The position numbers were made by a program, and so were the translations under genes. Below are positions 1-9,945 of a stretch of DNA of 64,000 bases, in pieces. The stretch covers positions 3,040,001 through 3,104,000 of the forward strand of contig OZ242260.1 in the NCBI GenBank assembly GCA_965207065.1. Direction: 5' to 3'. This DNA is from a bacterium. GTDB taxonomy: Bacteria > UBA8248. The first letter of the stretch is position 1, and each line of letters opens with the position of its first letter. Under the pieces are notes generated by a model that saw nothing but the letters and a program-made list of their open reading frames with translations, made no database searches and had not been told where the DNA came from.

Positions 1-62
1 CCGACGATTACCCACCCGTAATAAATCCAGGGGCGGGTGGTTTTTCCTCCTCTCATGGCGGT

Positions 63-1364
63 CTATTTCTCGGTGCTGAAGACGAAATGACAGACAAGGA
101 GCGCAACCGCCTGGAAAATGACCACGATGCAGAAGGGCAGAACATAGCTTCCCGTGTAGTCGAACATGAAGCCCGCCATCGGGGGGCCGATGAATCCCCC
201 GAGGCCGAAGAAGATTTCCAGCAACCCGATGATGACGCCGAACGAGCGTCCGCCGTAGGCGTCCGCGCACATGGCCGCATAGGACGTCGACATGCCGCCG
301 ACGCCGAACCCGTAGAAGGCGGCGAACAAAAAGGCGAAGACGACGCCGTTGCCCATATGCGGCACGGAAAGCAAGATGAGGACGCCAAGTCCAGACAGGA
401 AAAGGGCGATGGCCTGGGCCCTTTTGTGCGATATGCGATCACCTGCCCAACCCATGACCACGCTGCCCAGAATCCGGACGGCGCCCGTGAACCCAAAAAC
501 GAAAGCGCCGAATGCGGTGCTGAATTTCGCGTCGACGAAGAATATCTGAAGCTGGCTCCAGATGGAGTTGTTGTTCAGGCCGATGACAAAAACAAGGATC
601 AGCAATGCCCAGAAATTCTTCTCCCGCATTACCTGTCGGAATACTCCTCCTACTTTCTGGGAGTGGGTGGCAGGTGGTTTTGGAAACCCGGCGGCTTCTT
701 CGTCCGATGCGCCGTCGATGTTCTGCCCGACGTCTGAGGGATGATTTCTGAGCAGGAGCAATTTGAGCGGAAGGATGATGAGAAGTATCGAGGCGCCGAA
801 AATAAGGTAGGCGTAGCGCCAGCCGAAGTAGGCGATGAGTCTTTCGATGGTGGGCATCAGGATGAATGAGCCGATGCCGATGCCCGAGAGGGCGATGCCC
901 GCCGCCAGTCCACGATTTCTGAAGAACCACCGCGGCAGAAGCGCGCCGTGCGTTACGAAACCGCTCATCGCGATCCCCACGCCGATCATGACGCCGATGA
1001 ACACATACACATGCCAAAGAGATGAGATGAAAAAGCCCAACATGAGTCCCAGGCCAATCGAGACCGAACCCCACGGGATCAGTGTCCTAGGGCCTTTTCT
1101 TTCGAGGATGGAGCCCGCCTTGGGGCTGCAGATGGCGTAGAGGCTCATGGTTGTGGCGAATGCGCCTCCCAGGGCACCTCTGCTCCAGCCGAATTCCTGA
1201 ATGAGGGGAACCTGAAACAGGGAAAACGAGAAAGTGGCCGACATGTGGAAGGCCATGCTAATGAAAGATACGCCGACGATCACCCATCCGTAGTATAAGC
1301 CGCCTGCTCGCCCGCGCCTTGTGGAACGGCCCGAAGCTGGGATGGAGCCGCCGGATTTGTCCAA
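63..1364 (-). CDS. MFS transporter (OFA/monocarboxylate-like)
   Basis: About 12 hydrophobic segments; N-terminal YYGWVIV, EFGWSR, RWFFRNRGLA and GWAGDRI motifs; start uncertain. Confidence 0.88.
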   Translation of the reverse strand: MDKSGGSIPASGRSTRRGRAGGLYYGWVIVGVSFISMAFHMSATFSFSLFQVPLIQEFGWSRGALGGAFATTMSLYAICSPKAGSILERKGPRTLIPWGSVSIGLGLMLGFFISSLWHVYVFIGVMIGVGIAMSGFVTHGALLPRWFFRNRGLAAGIALSGIGIGSFILMPTIERLIAYFGWRYAYLIFGASILLIILPLKLLLLRNHPSDVGQNIDGASDEEAAGFPKPPATHSQKVGGVFRQVMREKNFWALLILVFVIGLNNNSIWSQLQIFFVDAKFSTAFGAFVFGFTGAVRILGSVVMGWAGDRISHKRAQAIALFLSGLGVLILLSVPHMGNGVVFAFLFAAFYGFGVGGMSTSYAAMCADAYGGRSFGVIIGLLEIFFGLGGFIGPPMAGFMFDYTGSYVLPFCIVVIFQAVALLVCHFVFSTEK

Positions 1365-1462
1365 GAAGTCACCTTTCTATTCGTTTTTTTCAGTAGCATG
1401 GGTATAATGGTGCTACTCTAATGTGTTTTTGTTCATTCAGGAAGCACCGCGAGGGTTTTGAG

Positions 1463-2908
1463 GTGGATAGCGCTGGATTCATTCAGAAATTAACCGATGT
1501 GGTGGGGGAGGAATTCATCCACACGGATCCGGTAGCGCTCAGGACGTATGATTGCGACGGCCTCACGATTTACAAAGGCATTCCGTCGGCAGTCGTATTG
1601 CCAGAGAGCACTGAGGAAGTCAGCCAGATCGTGGAAACCTGCCGCGATTACCGAGTGCCCCTGATCGCCAGAGGCGCCGGCACAGGCCTCTCTGGAGGAG
1701 CGACGCCCTTGCCGGGCGGCGTGCTCATTGTCTTCACACGGATGAACAAGATTCTGGAACTCGACTATGTGAACCGCCTGGCGCGCGTGCAACCGGGGGT
1801 TGTGAACCTCCATCTCTCCCGCGAAACGCTGCCGCATGGTTTTCATTACGCGCCCGATCCTTCCAGCCAGGCGGCCTGCACCATCGGCGGCAACGCAGCG
1901 GAGAACTCCGGCGGCGCGCATTGCCTGAAATACGGGATGACGACGAACCACATCATGGAGATGACCGTCGTCCTGCCCACGGGCGAGGTGGCGCATCTGG
2001 GCGCCGACGGGGAGGATACGCCGGGTCTGGACCTGCGTGGGTTCTTCATTGGTTCGGAGGGCACTTTCGCGGTCATCACGGAACTAACCGTACGACTCAC
2101 GCCGAACCCAGAGAGCGTGCGCACGATGCTCGCCTGTTTCTCCCAGGTGGGGGATGCCTGCCGCACGGTGAGCGAGGTTATTGCCGCGGGAGCCGTGCCC
2201 GCCGCGATGGAGTTAATGGATCGCTACACTATCGAGGCGGTCGAGACCGTGGTGCAGGCAGGCTATCCCAGGGACGCCGAGGCTGTCTTGCTAATCGAAC
2301 TCGACGGACTGCCGTCTTCCATCGGACCGCTCGAAACCCTTATTCGCGATATCAGCGAGAAGAACAACTGCTCCTCGTTCCGGATCGCGCAGACAGAAGA
2401 AGAGCGAGAGGGGCTGTGGATGGGCCGGAAAAAGGCGTTCGGCGCCTTCGGGGTGATTGCGCCTACCTACTACTGCCTGGACGGCACCGTACCCCGCTCG
2501 AAGCTGGCGCAGGTGCTCGAGGAGTTCGATGAGATCTCCGCGCGCTATAATTTGCGCATCACAAACGTGTTTCATGCCGGCGACGGGAGTCTGCATCCGA
2601 ACGTCTTGTTCGACGATCGGGTGCCAGGAGAGACAGAGCGTGCGATAGAGTGCGGAGCAGAAGTGCTCCGCGCCTGCATTCGCGCCGGGGGCGTTCTCTC
2701 CGGCGAGCACGGCATCGGCATCGAGAAGATCAGGGAGATGAAGGACCAGTTCGATGAACCCACGCTCGAGATTATGGAACGCGTGCGCGACGCCATCGAC
2801 GAGGATGGCCTGATGAACCCCGGTAAACTCATACCTGATGAGGAAAACGTGTTCCCGGTTGCTCTCGGCGGCGCCGTCGCCCGGATGGGCGGCGGGATGA
2901 CGAAGTAG
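1463..2908 (+). CDS. glcD: Glycolate oxidase FAD-linked subunit GlcD
   Basis: ARGAGTGLSGGA, PDPSSQAACTIGGNAAENSGGAHCLKYG, FHAGDG and GEHGIG motifs; GTG start at 1463 preferred to ATG 1421; followed by glcE/glcF. Confidence 0.9.
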   Translation: MDSAGFIQKLTDVVGEEFIHTDPVALRTYDCDGLTIYKGIPSAVVLPESTEEVSQIVETCRDYRVPLIARGAGTGLSGGATPLPGGVLIVFTRMNKILELDYVNRLARVQPGVVNLHLSRETLPHGFHYAPDPSSQAACTIGGNAAENSGGAHCLKYGMTTNHIMEMTVVLPTGEVAHLGADGEDTPGLDLRGFFIGSEGTFAVITELTVRLTPNPESVRTMLACFSQVGDACRTVSEVIAAGAVPAAMELMDRYTIEAVETVVQAGYPRDAEAVLLIELDGLPSSIGPLETLIRDISEKNNCSSFRIAQTEEEREGLWMGRKKAFGAFGVIAPTYYCLDGTVPRSKLAQVLEEFDEISARYNLRITNVFHAGDGSLHPNVLFDDRVPGETERAIECGAEVLRACIRAGGVLSGEHGIGIEKIREMKDQFDEPTLEIMERVRDAIDEDGLMNPGKLIPDEENVFPVALGGAVARMGGGMTK

Positions 2909-2914
2909 GAAACC

Positions 2915-4294
2915 ATGGCCCTGAAACTAGATTCGTTCGCTCAATCCATAGAAGCAGATTCAGGCGATTCCGTCTTGTTGTCGGATGAGAGGGCGGAGTC
3001 GTTCAAACTCGGAGGCAAGACACCCTCGGTGGTGGTGAGTCCCGCCGATCATGAAGCCTTATGCCGCGTTCTCGCGCGCGCGAATGAAGCGGGCCTGGCC
3101 GTATTCCCCTGGGGAGGAGGCACGAGTCGTGGAACGGGTTATGCGCCCGAGAAATACGACGTAGCCCTCTCTTTAGAGCGCATGTCGAAGGCGGTGGAGT
3201 TTTTGAAAGACGACCTCACCGCCGTTGTCGAAGCGGGAATGAGCGTCGAGGACCTCGATAAATTAACGAACGCAGAGGGCCAGACGGCGGGTCTCGACCC
3301 CCCAAATCCGGGAGCTGCCACGGTAGGGGGAACCATCATCGCGGATCGCTCGGGCCCCATGCGGGTGCGCTGGGGCAAGGCGCGAGACCGCGTGATGCGC
3401 ATGAAGGTGGCCCTGGCCGACGGCGAGACACACACTTATGGCGCGCTGGTGGTGAAAAACGTTACCGGCTACGACATGAACCGCCTTTTGTCGGGCAGTT
3501 GGGGGACGCTGGCCGTCGTCACCGAGTTGGCGATTCGCCTGTATAAAGCCCCTGAGCACATTGGAGCGCTGGCGGCTTCTTTTCCATCCACAGACACTGC
3601 GTTCAAAGCCGCGAGGGCGCTGATGGCCTCACCTCTTATGCCCGTTTGGGCGGAAGTGTTGGATGATGCACGCATCGCCTCGCTGGCGTCAGACGATGGC
3701 ATCGCCTTGCCCGGCCCCGTGAGCCTTGTGGCTTCTTTCGGGGATTTTGAAGAAGGGCTCAACGATCAGTTGGCCCGCTTCGAGGAAATCCTCAAAACAG
3801 AGAGCGGAGACGATATCTTGCGCCTCGATGATGAGCAAACCGCTCGATTGGGCCCCGCCTTGGCCGATCCGCCGGGAGAGGATTTCTCCGGTCCCGAGAC
3901 GCTCGCTTTCAGGGCCTCGGGCCGTCTCGATCAGCTGCCCCGCTTCGCGGAGGCGACGAGACGAGCCGCCGAGGCGGGGAGTTACGACTTCGCGATTTCG
4001 GCGCACGCGGGAAGCGGCGTGCTGCGCTGCTGGCTTGCGCCCGAGGATGAGGAATCCTCTCCGCTCGAGGCGTGGCGTATCTTCTCTTCACTTTGCAGGG
4101 AGGGGAAGGATGAAAGCCAAGCTCGTTCGATTCACCTGCGCCTGGATTCGGGGCCGAATTTACTTAAAGAACAGGTATCCGTGTGGGGTGAGGACGCGCT
4201 CGAATCCGCGGTGCTGCAGGTAATGCGCAACATCAAGAAAACTTATGACCCGGAAGGAACTTTGAGCCCCGGCCGCTTCGTGGGCCGGCTGTAG
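2915..4294 (+). CDS. glcE: Glycolate oxidase FAD-binding subunit GlcE-like
   Basis: GGGT, ATVGG, VVKNVTGYDM and C-terminal DPEGTLSPGRF motifs; lies between glcD and glcF. Confidence 0.82.
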   Translation: MALKLDSFAQSIEADSGDSVLLSDERAESFKLGGKTPSVVVSPADHEALCRVLARANEAGLAVFPWGGGTSRGTGYAPEKYDVALSLERMSKAVEFLKDDLTAVVEAGMSVEDLDKLTNAEGQTAGLDPPNPGAATVGGTIIADRSGPMRVRWGKARDRVMRMKVALADGETHTYGALVVKNVTGYDMNRLLSGSWGTLAVVTELAIRLYKAPEHIGALAASFPSTDTAFKAARALMASPLMPVWAEVLDDARIASLASDDGIALPGPVSLVASFGDFEEGLNDQLARFEEILKTESGDDILRLDDEQTARLGPALADPPGEDFSGPETLAFRASGRLDQLPRFAEATRRAAEAGSYDFAISAHAGSGVLRCWLAPEDEESSPLEAWRIFSSLCREGKDESQARSIHLRLDSGPNLLKEQVSVWGEDALESAVLQVMRNIKKTYDPEGTLSPGRFVGRL

Positions 4295-4308
4295 GAGGAA
4301 AGCCCTAA

Positions 4309-5664
4309 GTGGCCACGGATCAAAAAGTAGATTTCGCACAGGTTTTTCCTGAATACGAAAACCCCTTCGTCGGACCGGACGCTCCCGACAGGGAGATGAT
4401 TCAGCGTTGCATCCACTGCGGGTTCTGCGGCACGAGTTGCCCCACTTTCACGCTGCTCGGCAACGAGATGGACTCCCCGCGCGGGAGAATCTACCTCATG
4501 CGCATGGTGACGGACGGCGAGATGGCTCCCAACGAGACGGTGATGAAACATCTCGATCGTTGCCTGGACTGCCGCGCCTGTGAGACGGCGTGCCCGTCCG
4601 GCGTGCCTTATGGCTCATTGATAGAAGCGGCGCGCGAAGGACTCGAAAAGATAAGAAAACGTCCCTTGTCGGTGCGGATTTTCAGAAGATTCCTCTTTCG
4701 CTGGCTTTTGCCGAACAGGACGCTGCTCAACCTGGCGGGCGTGGCCACCCGGCTTTATCAGACCACGTTTTTGAAAAGCGTGGTGAGAGGCCTGGGTCTT
4801 TTACCCAGAAAACTGGCCGAACTCGAACCCATGATGCCCCAAGCTCCGCCCGTATCCTCGATGAGGGCTCTCCCCCCCGAAGTTGCGCCCATCGGGGAGG
4901 AAAAATACCGCGTCGCCTTCTTCGGCGGTTGTATTCAATCCACCTTGTTCGGCGACGTGAACCGGGCCGCCATACGCGCGCTGGCGGCCAACGGAGTGCG
5001 CGTGGTGTTTCCCGCTTCGCAGACCTGCTGCGGCGCGCTGCAGGCTCATGCCGGGGACAGGGAGGCGGCGAGAATCCTGGCGCGCGAGAACATAGACGCC
5101 ATAGACGCAGGTGCGTTCGACGCCGTCATCCTGGCCGTCTCCGGCTGTGGAGCCATGCTGCACGAATACAAGGATTTGCTCGCGGGGGATCCCGTCTACG
5201 CGAGCCGCGCCGAGGTGTTCAGCGACAAGGCGATGGACGTCACCGTGTTCCTCTCCAGAATCGGGGTCCGGGAAGCGGCGCACCCTTCGCCCCGGAAAAT
5301 CGCGTATCACCACCCCTGCCATCTGTTTCACGCGCTCAAGGTCCGCAAGGAGCCGCTCGAGGTTCTTTCCGCGATTCGCAATGTCGAGACGGTGCCCCTC
5401 GAGGAGAGCGATTGGTGCTGCGGCTCCGCAGGCAGCTACAATCTCACCCAGACGGAGATTTCCATGCGCCTTCTCGACAGGAAGATGGGGCACGTGAAAG
5501 ATTCTGAAGCCCCCGTGGTCTGCACGGGGAACCCTGGTTGTCAGATTCAAATCGCGTTCGGCGCCCGCGAGCGGGACATGGACCTTCGGGTGGTGCATCC
5601 CGTCGTCCTGCTCGATGAGGCGTATGAGGCGGAAGGCGTGTATCGAAACGCGACGCTTCCATGA
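4309..5664 (+). CDS. glcF: Glycolate oxidase iron-sulfur subunit GlcF
   Basis: CIHCGFCGTSCP and CLDCRACETACP ferredoxin motifs, DSPRGRI, two CCG domains. Confidence 0.9.
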   Translation: MATDQKVDFAQVFPEYENPFVGPDAPDREMIQRCIHCGFCGTSCPTFTLLGNEMDSPRGRIYLMRMVTDGEMAPNETVMKHLDRCLDCRACETACPSGVPYGSLIEAAREGLEKIRKRPLSVRIFRRFLFRWLLPNRTLLNLAGVATRLYQTTFLKSVVRGLGLLPRKLAELEPMMPQAPPVSSMRALPPEVAPIGEEKYRVAFFGGCIQSTLFGDVNRAAIRALAANGVRVVFPASQTCCGALQAHAGDREAARILARENIDAIDAGAFDAVILAVSGCGAMLHEYKDLLAGDPVYASRAEVFSDKAMDVTVFLSRIGVREAAHPSPRKIAYHHPCHLFHALKVRKEPLEVLSAIRNVETVPLEESDWCCGSAGSYNLTQTEISMRLLDRKMGHVKDSEAPVVCTGNPGCQIQIAFGARERDMDLRVVHPVVLLDEAYEAEGVYRNATLP

Positions 5665-5690
5665 CCTTATAACCGGCGAGGTGATTGAAG

Positions 5691-6638
5691 ATGACCACAC
5701 ATACTTCCAGAGCCGTCCCCACCACGATTGTCCGTTTCGCCGAGATCATGCCCGACTGGGACGCATCGCCCGACGCCCGCGAGGAAGGGCATCACCGGGC
5801 GGTTTATCGCTATATCGGGGGACCTCGCGATAAAGAGCCGAGAGCGGCGCTTCCCGGCTGGGAATTCGCCAACGGAATCGTGATGGCGCCTCCCGGAAAC
5901 GGCGCTCCTCTGCACAGCCACGGGTTCGAGGAAGTTTTCATGGTGTGGGAGGGCGCGTTCGAAGTCTTCTGGGTCGACGCGCGCGATGGGGAAATCAAGA
6001 CAGTTGAACTCGAACGTCATGACGCCATCCGGATGCCGCCAGGTGTGATGCGCGGCTACAGGAACACAGGCGATGACGATGGATTCCTCTACTACATTCA
6101 CGGGCGCGGCGCGTACGAGCCGCCCGTATTCCAGGGAGAAGTGGAGGCGGCGGAAGTCGAGGGCGCCTCTTTCGTCGATCCCCTCTCCCAGGTGGTTCGT
6201 TATGATGAGTGTCCTAAGAATTTCCAAGTTTATCATGAATCCTCTCTTCCAGAAGGAGTGCGGGGGATTCGCCGCTATATAGGCCACGTGGGCGGTGAGC
6301 TCGAGGGCGTGGGTCCGCCTCCGTCTTTGTCTGAGGGAGAATTCTCCTTCGTCATCAACGAGAACCGGGTGGGTTCCGGCGCTCCGCTGCATGATCACCC
6401 CGATCTTGAAGAAGCCTTCATTCCTCTTGAGAGCGACTGGACGGTGTTCTGGACGGATGAGAGGGGAGATTCGCATCAAGAGGTCCTCGGGCCGTGGGAC
6501 ATGTGCTGGGCGCCGGCGGGCGTACAGCGCGGGTTTCGCAATTCAGGCCGGGGGTGGGGTAAGCTGCACGTCATTCAGGGGCAGGGAGGCGCGCTGCCGC
6601 CCGCGTATGACCAGGATTATTCACACTTGAAAAATTAG
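5691..6638 (+). CDS. Bicupin (two cupin domains)
   Basis: Duplicated GAPLHxH..EE motifs (LHSHGFEE, LHDHPDLEE) and P.GV.RG(Y/F)RN; GAGGTG RBS before ATG 5691. Confidence 0.8.
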   Translation: MTTHTSRAVPTTIVRFAEIMPDWDASPDAREEGHHRAVYRYIGGPRDKEPRAALPGWEFANGIVMAPPGNGAPLHSHGFEEVFMVWEGAFEVFWVDARDGEIKTVELERHDAIRMPPGVMRGYRNTGDDDGFLYYIHGRGAYEPPVFQGEVEAAEVEGASFVDPLSQVVRYDECPKNFQVYHESSLPEGVRGIRRYIGHVGGELEGVGPPPSLSEGEFSFVINENRVGSGAPLHDHPDLEEAFIPLESDWTVFWTDERGDSHQEVLGPWDMCWAPAGVQRGFRNSGRGWGKLHVIQGQGGALPPAYDQDYSHLKN

Positions 6639-6650
6639 GGTAATCAGGAT

Positions 6651-7664
6651 TTGAGCGCTTCACCGCGAAAGAATGTGGCTCTGAAGGGAATCGAGCGAAT
6701 CGACCACTACATCGATTCGCTCGATCCCGGCATTACGCTGCACGTGAGAGAAAAACGCCCCAGGGGCAAGAAGAAATTCGAGGATCAGGCCACACTCCTC
6801 ATCGTGCACGGACGGATGGCGCCCGGTCCCGTGGCTTACGACCTCCCGGTCCCCGGTTATTCATGGATGGATTACATCGCCTCGCGCGGGTTCGACGTCT
6901 TCGCGCTTTCGATTCGGGGTTTTGGCGAATCGACCTGGCCGCAGGAGATGCTCACCAGCCCCAGGGGCAAGCCTCCCGCGGTACCGGGGAATGTGGCCGT
7001 AAGGGACATCAAGGCGGCGGTCGATTTCATCTGTGAGCAGCGAGGCGTGAATAAACTCAGCATTCTGGGCCGTTCCTGGGGAACGACGACGAGCCCGGCA
7101 TATGCGGCCGACAATATGAGGCGGGTGAATAAGCTCGTTCTGTATGCCCCTTATTACGCCTATGATAATCCCGCCCGCACGAAACAGATGGAAGACCCCA
7201 AAAAGCCCGGAGAATTCGACGCGAGAAGAGGTGCGTGGTCGTGGTGCACGGAAAAAGACGTGCACCATCGCTGGTGGGGCCACATACCGGGAGACGCCCA
7301 CCATAAATGGCGAGAACCCAGGGTGTTCAAGACGTATTTTCGCGAACTGCTTCGCTACGACACGCAAGGCGCCAGGCGCAAGACGCCCGCGTTCCGGCTG
7401 GCGAACGGCTCTCTGGCGGATCTATACGATAGGGCGAGGAACATACCCCTCTATGACGCGGGCGAGATAACGTGTCCCGTGCTGCTCATCAGAGGAGATC
7501 AGGACGGCGCCTCGGCTGACCCTGAAGCCTGGGGGCTGTACAGAGCCCTCTGCAACAGCCGGGGCAAGCGCTACGTCATCATAAACGACGGTACGCATTT
7601 CATGGAACTGGAAAAGCGCAGGATGGAGCTGTTGAGCGAGGTTCAGTTGTTTCTGGAAGGGTGA
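6651..7664 (+). CDS. Alpha/beta-fold hydrolase
   Basis: HG motif, RGFGES, nucleophile elbow GRSWG, C-terminal GTHF. Confidence 0.85.
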   Translation: MSASPRKNVALKGIERIDHYIDSLDPGITLHVREKRPRGKKKFEDQATLLIVHGRMAPGPVAYDLPVPGYSWMDYIASRGFDVFALSIRGFGESTWPQEMLTSPRGKPPAVPGNVAVRDIKAAVDFICEQRGVNKLSILGRSWGTTTSPAYAADNMRRVNKLVLYAPYYAYDNPARTKQMEDPKKPGEFDARRGAWSWCTEKDVHHRWWGHIPGDAHHKWREPRVFKTYFRELLRYDTQGARRKTPAFRLANGSLADLYDRARNIPLYDAGEITCPVLLIRGDQDGASADPEAWGLYRALCNSRGKRYVIINDGTHFMELEKRRMELLSEVQLFLEG

Positions 7665-7775
7665 AGACTCATCCTCATCGGCTGCGCCCTTGCGCTCTGA
7701 GAAGCGAACGACTAGATTAGGCCACCTTCGAGAGAACGGGAATTTCCATATCGTTTCCAATCAAAAGGAGCACCC

Positions 7776-8228
7776 ATGTCAGCCATATCCGCACCTACCA
7801 AACAGCGCTGGTGTCTCATCGATTCCACGGCCATCGGCGTGGACAAGAAGTACGAGCCGCCCCTCATCATCGCATGGGGCGTGGACAGCAATGCCACCGG
7901 CACCCAGACCATCACGATGGGACGCACCATCATTCCTCCCAAGGGCCGCAACCAGAGGCACTACCACGTGTGCGACGCGACGTTCTACATCGTCAAAGGC
8001 CCGATCATCGTCTGGATGGGAGAGGACAGGGAAGAACATACGGTGCCCTCGGGCACTTTCGTCTATTGCGCAGCGGGCGAGATTCACGGCCTCTACAACC
8101 CGAGCGAGACAGAGGACGCCGAACTCGTCTTTACTTATGGCAATTGTCCCAACCGCGACGCCGCCAAGACGATTTACGTGGAAAACGAGTGGATGGAAGA
8201 GGATACGAGGGACAAGATTCCCGGCTAG
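7776..8228 (+). CDS. Cupin domain protein
   Basis: HYH...GEIHGLYN cupin motifs; AAGGAG RBS. Confidence 0.8.
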   Translation: MSAISAPTKQRWCLIDSTAIGVDKKYEPPLIIAWGVDSNATGTQTITMGRTIIPPKGRNQRHYHVCDATFYIVKGPIIVWMGEDREEHTVPSGTFVYCAAGEIHGLYNPSETEDAELVFTYGNCPNRDAAKTIYVENEWMEEDTRDKIPG

Positions 8229-8246
8229 GCCCTAAGCGAGAAAAAG

Positions 8247-8276
8247 AAAAAGCCGGCCCTTACGGCCGGCTTTTTT
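8247..8276. terminator. Bidirectional intrinsic terminator
   Basis: AAAAAGCCGGCC-cttac-GGCCGGCTTTTTT between convergent genes. Confidence 0.8.
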
Positions 8277-8288
8277 CATAATGAATTG

Positions 8289-8825
8289 CTAGTTGAGCAT
8301 CGACACCAACTCCAGAAAATTCTTTTTTAGACCCTCCACTTCGGGGGCGCGCCTGACGGCCTCGTAAATCTCGCCTTGCGCCTTGCCGTACTCTTTTTTC
8401 TGCAGGTAGATGCGTCCCAGGTTCATGTAGGGGAAATGGCGCGGCTCGTATCTTGGCGCGGACTTCGCTTTCTCGAGCCATTCGGCCGCCTCGTCGAGTT
8501 CGCCCAGCTGCATGAGATAACAGCCGATGTCGTTGTAGGGGTTTCCGAACTCATCATCGACCTCGATGGCCATGTGGCACTCCTCGATGGCTTCCTCGAG
8601 GCGGCCCTGCTTGCTGTACATCCAGCCCAGATAGGTATGTGCGTCCGCTGTGGGGTAGTAGGCGATGGAGTCCCTATACAATTCGATGGCCTTGTCGAGA
8701 TTTCCTTTCGCATGGGCAACGCCGCCCTGGCCCAAAAGATCCAGGGCGCGCTTGAGGTCGGAGTTGACCTTGGATTCTTCTTCATATTTTCCGTCGAAAC
8801 TCACGTCTTCGTTTTCATCCGTCAT
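8289..8825 (-). CDS. TPR-repeat protein
   Basis: TPR-like helices (AHTYLGWMY, NPYNDIGCYL, PYMNLGRIY); GGAG upstream of ATG 8825. Confidence 0.85.
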   Translation of the reverse strand: MTDENEDVSFDGKYEEESKVNSDLKRALDLLGQGGVAHAKGNLDKAIELYRDSIAYYPTADAHTYLGWMYSKQGRLEEAIEECHMAIEVDDEFGNPYNDIGCYLMQLGELDEAAEWLEKAKSAPRYEPRHFPYMNLGRIYLQKKEYGKAQGEIYEAVRRAPEVEGLKKNFLELVSMLN

Positions 8826-9068
8826 CACAATAGTCTCCAAGATCGAACCCACGCGTCACATGAAATTATGCCACTTCACTTCGGTTGTTTGTCAAGGAAA
8901 AATCGGCTTTGGGCTATGGCGATCCCGCCGGATGATATGAAAGAATCAAGGGTGGTTGCGTTGAGGCGGGGGCGGCGGATAAGTTCTTTTATATCAAGGA
9001 GAAGATGCGGTTTGGCGAAAAGGTGACCTTCGCTTCAACCCATTGATTTTGCCGGGAAGGAAAGGCGC

Positions 9069-9944
9069 ATGGCCGATTCGGTACGAAAAAAATTCAGAAA
9101 AATTCTTGAACGACCGGGGACGACGATCATCCCCGGAGCGCACGATGCGCTGACGGCCAGGCTCATCGCCTCCAGGGGATTCGAGGCCGTCTACATGTCT
9201 GGGGCGGGCGTGGTGAACGCTCTCGCGGGACTGCCCGATAACGGCCTGGCGTCTTTTAGCGAGGTGCTCATGAATGCGAGATATATTGCGGACGCCGTGG
9301 AAATCCCGCTGGTGGTGGACGTGGATACCGGTTACGGCAACGCGGTGAACGTCGTGCGCACAGTGCGGGATTTCGAAAGGGCGGGCGTTGCATGCATTCA
9401 GATAGAAGATCAGGTGCTGCCGAAGCGATGTGGTCATCTGGACGGAAAACAAGTGGTGAGCCGCGATGAGTTTATCGGAAAAATCCGCGCCGCGGTGGCG
9501 CATCGTACAGACCCGGATTTCGTCATTATGGCGCGAATCGACGCCAAATACATCCACGGCATGGGTGAGGCCGTCGAACGCGGCAATGCGGCGCTCGACG
9601 CCGGGGCGGACGTTATCTTCATCGAAGCACTTGAGACGCGCGATGAGTTCATCGAGTACGCCGAGCGCTGTCCGGGGCCTCTGCTCGCCAACATGACGGA
9701 GTTCGGTAAGACGCCCCATATCTCCAAAACCGATTTCGAGGAGATGGGCTATAAACTCGCACTGTTTCCGGTGAGCATCTTGCGCGCGATGCTCAAAGCG
9801 GGTGAATTGCTGCTCGACGAACTCAAGACAAAGGGCACGATGGCGGATTATCTGGACAACATGATGACGCGCAAGGAACTCTACGAACTCCTGGATTACG
9901 ACGCGTATCACGCCATAGAAGCAGAATATCTGCCCAGGCAGTGA
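9069..9944 (+). CDS. prpB: Isocitrate lyase/PEP mutase family (2-methylisocitrate lyase-like)
   Basis: DVDTGYG, IEDQVLPKRCGHLDGK and ANMTEFGKTP signatures; family secure, substrate less so. Confidence 0.75.
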   Translation: MADSVRKKFRKILERPGTTIIPGAHDALTARLIASRGFEAVYMSGAGVVNALAGLPDNGLASFSEVLMNARYIADAVEIPLVVDVDTGYGNAVNVVRTVRDFERAGVACIQIEDQVLPKRCGHLDGKQVVSRDEFIGKIRAAVAHRTDPDFVIMARIDAKYIHGMGEAVERGNAALDAGADVIFIEALETRDEFIEYAERCPGPLLANMTEFGKTPHISKTDFEEMGYKLALFPVSILRAMLKAGELLLDELKTKGTMADYLDNMMTRKELYELLDYDAYHAIEAEYLPRQ

Positions 9945-9945
9945 G

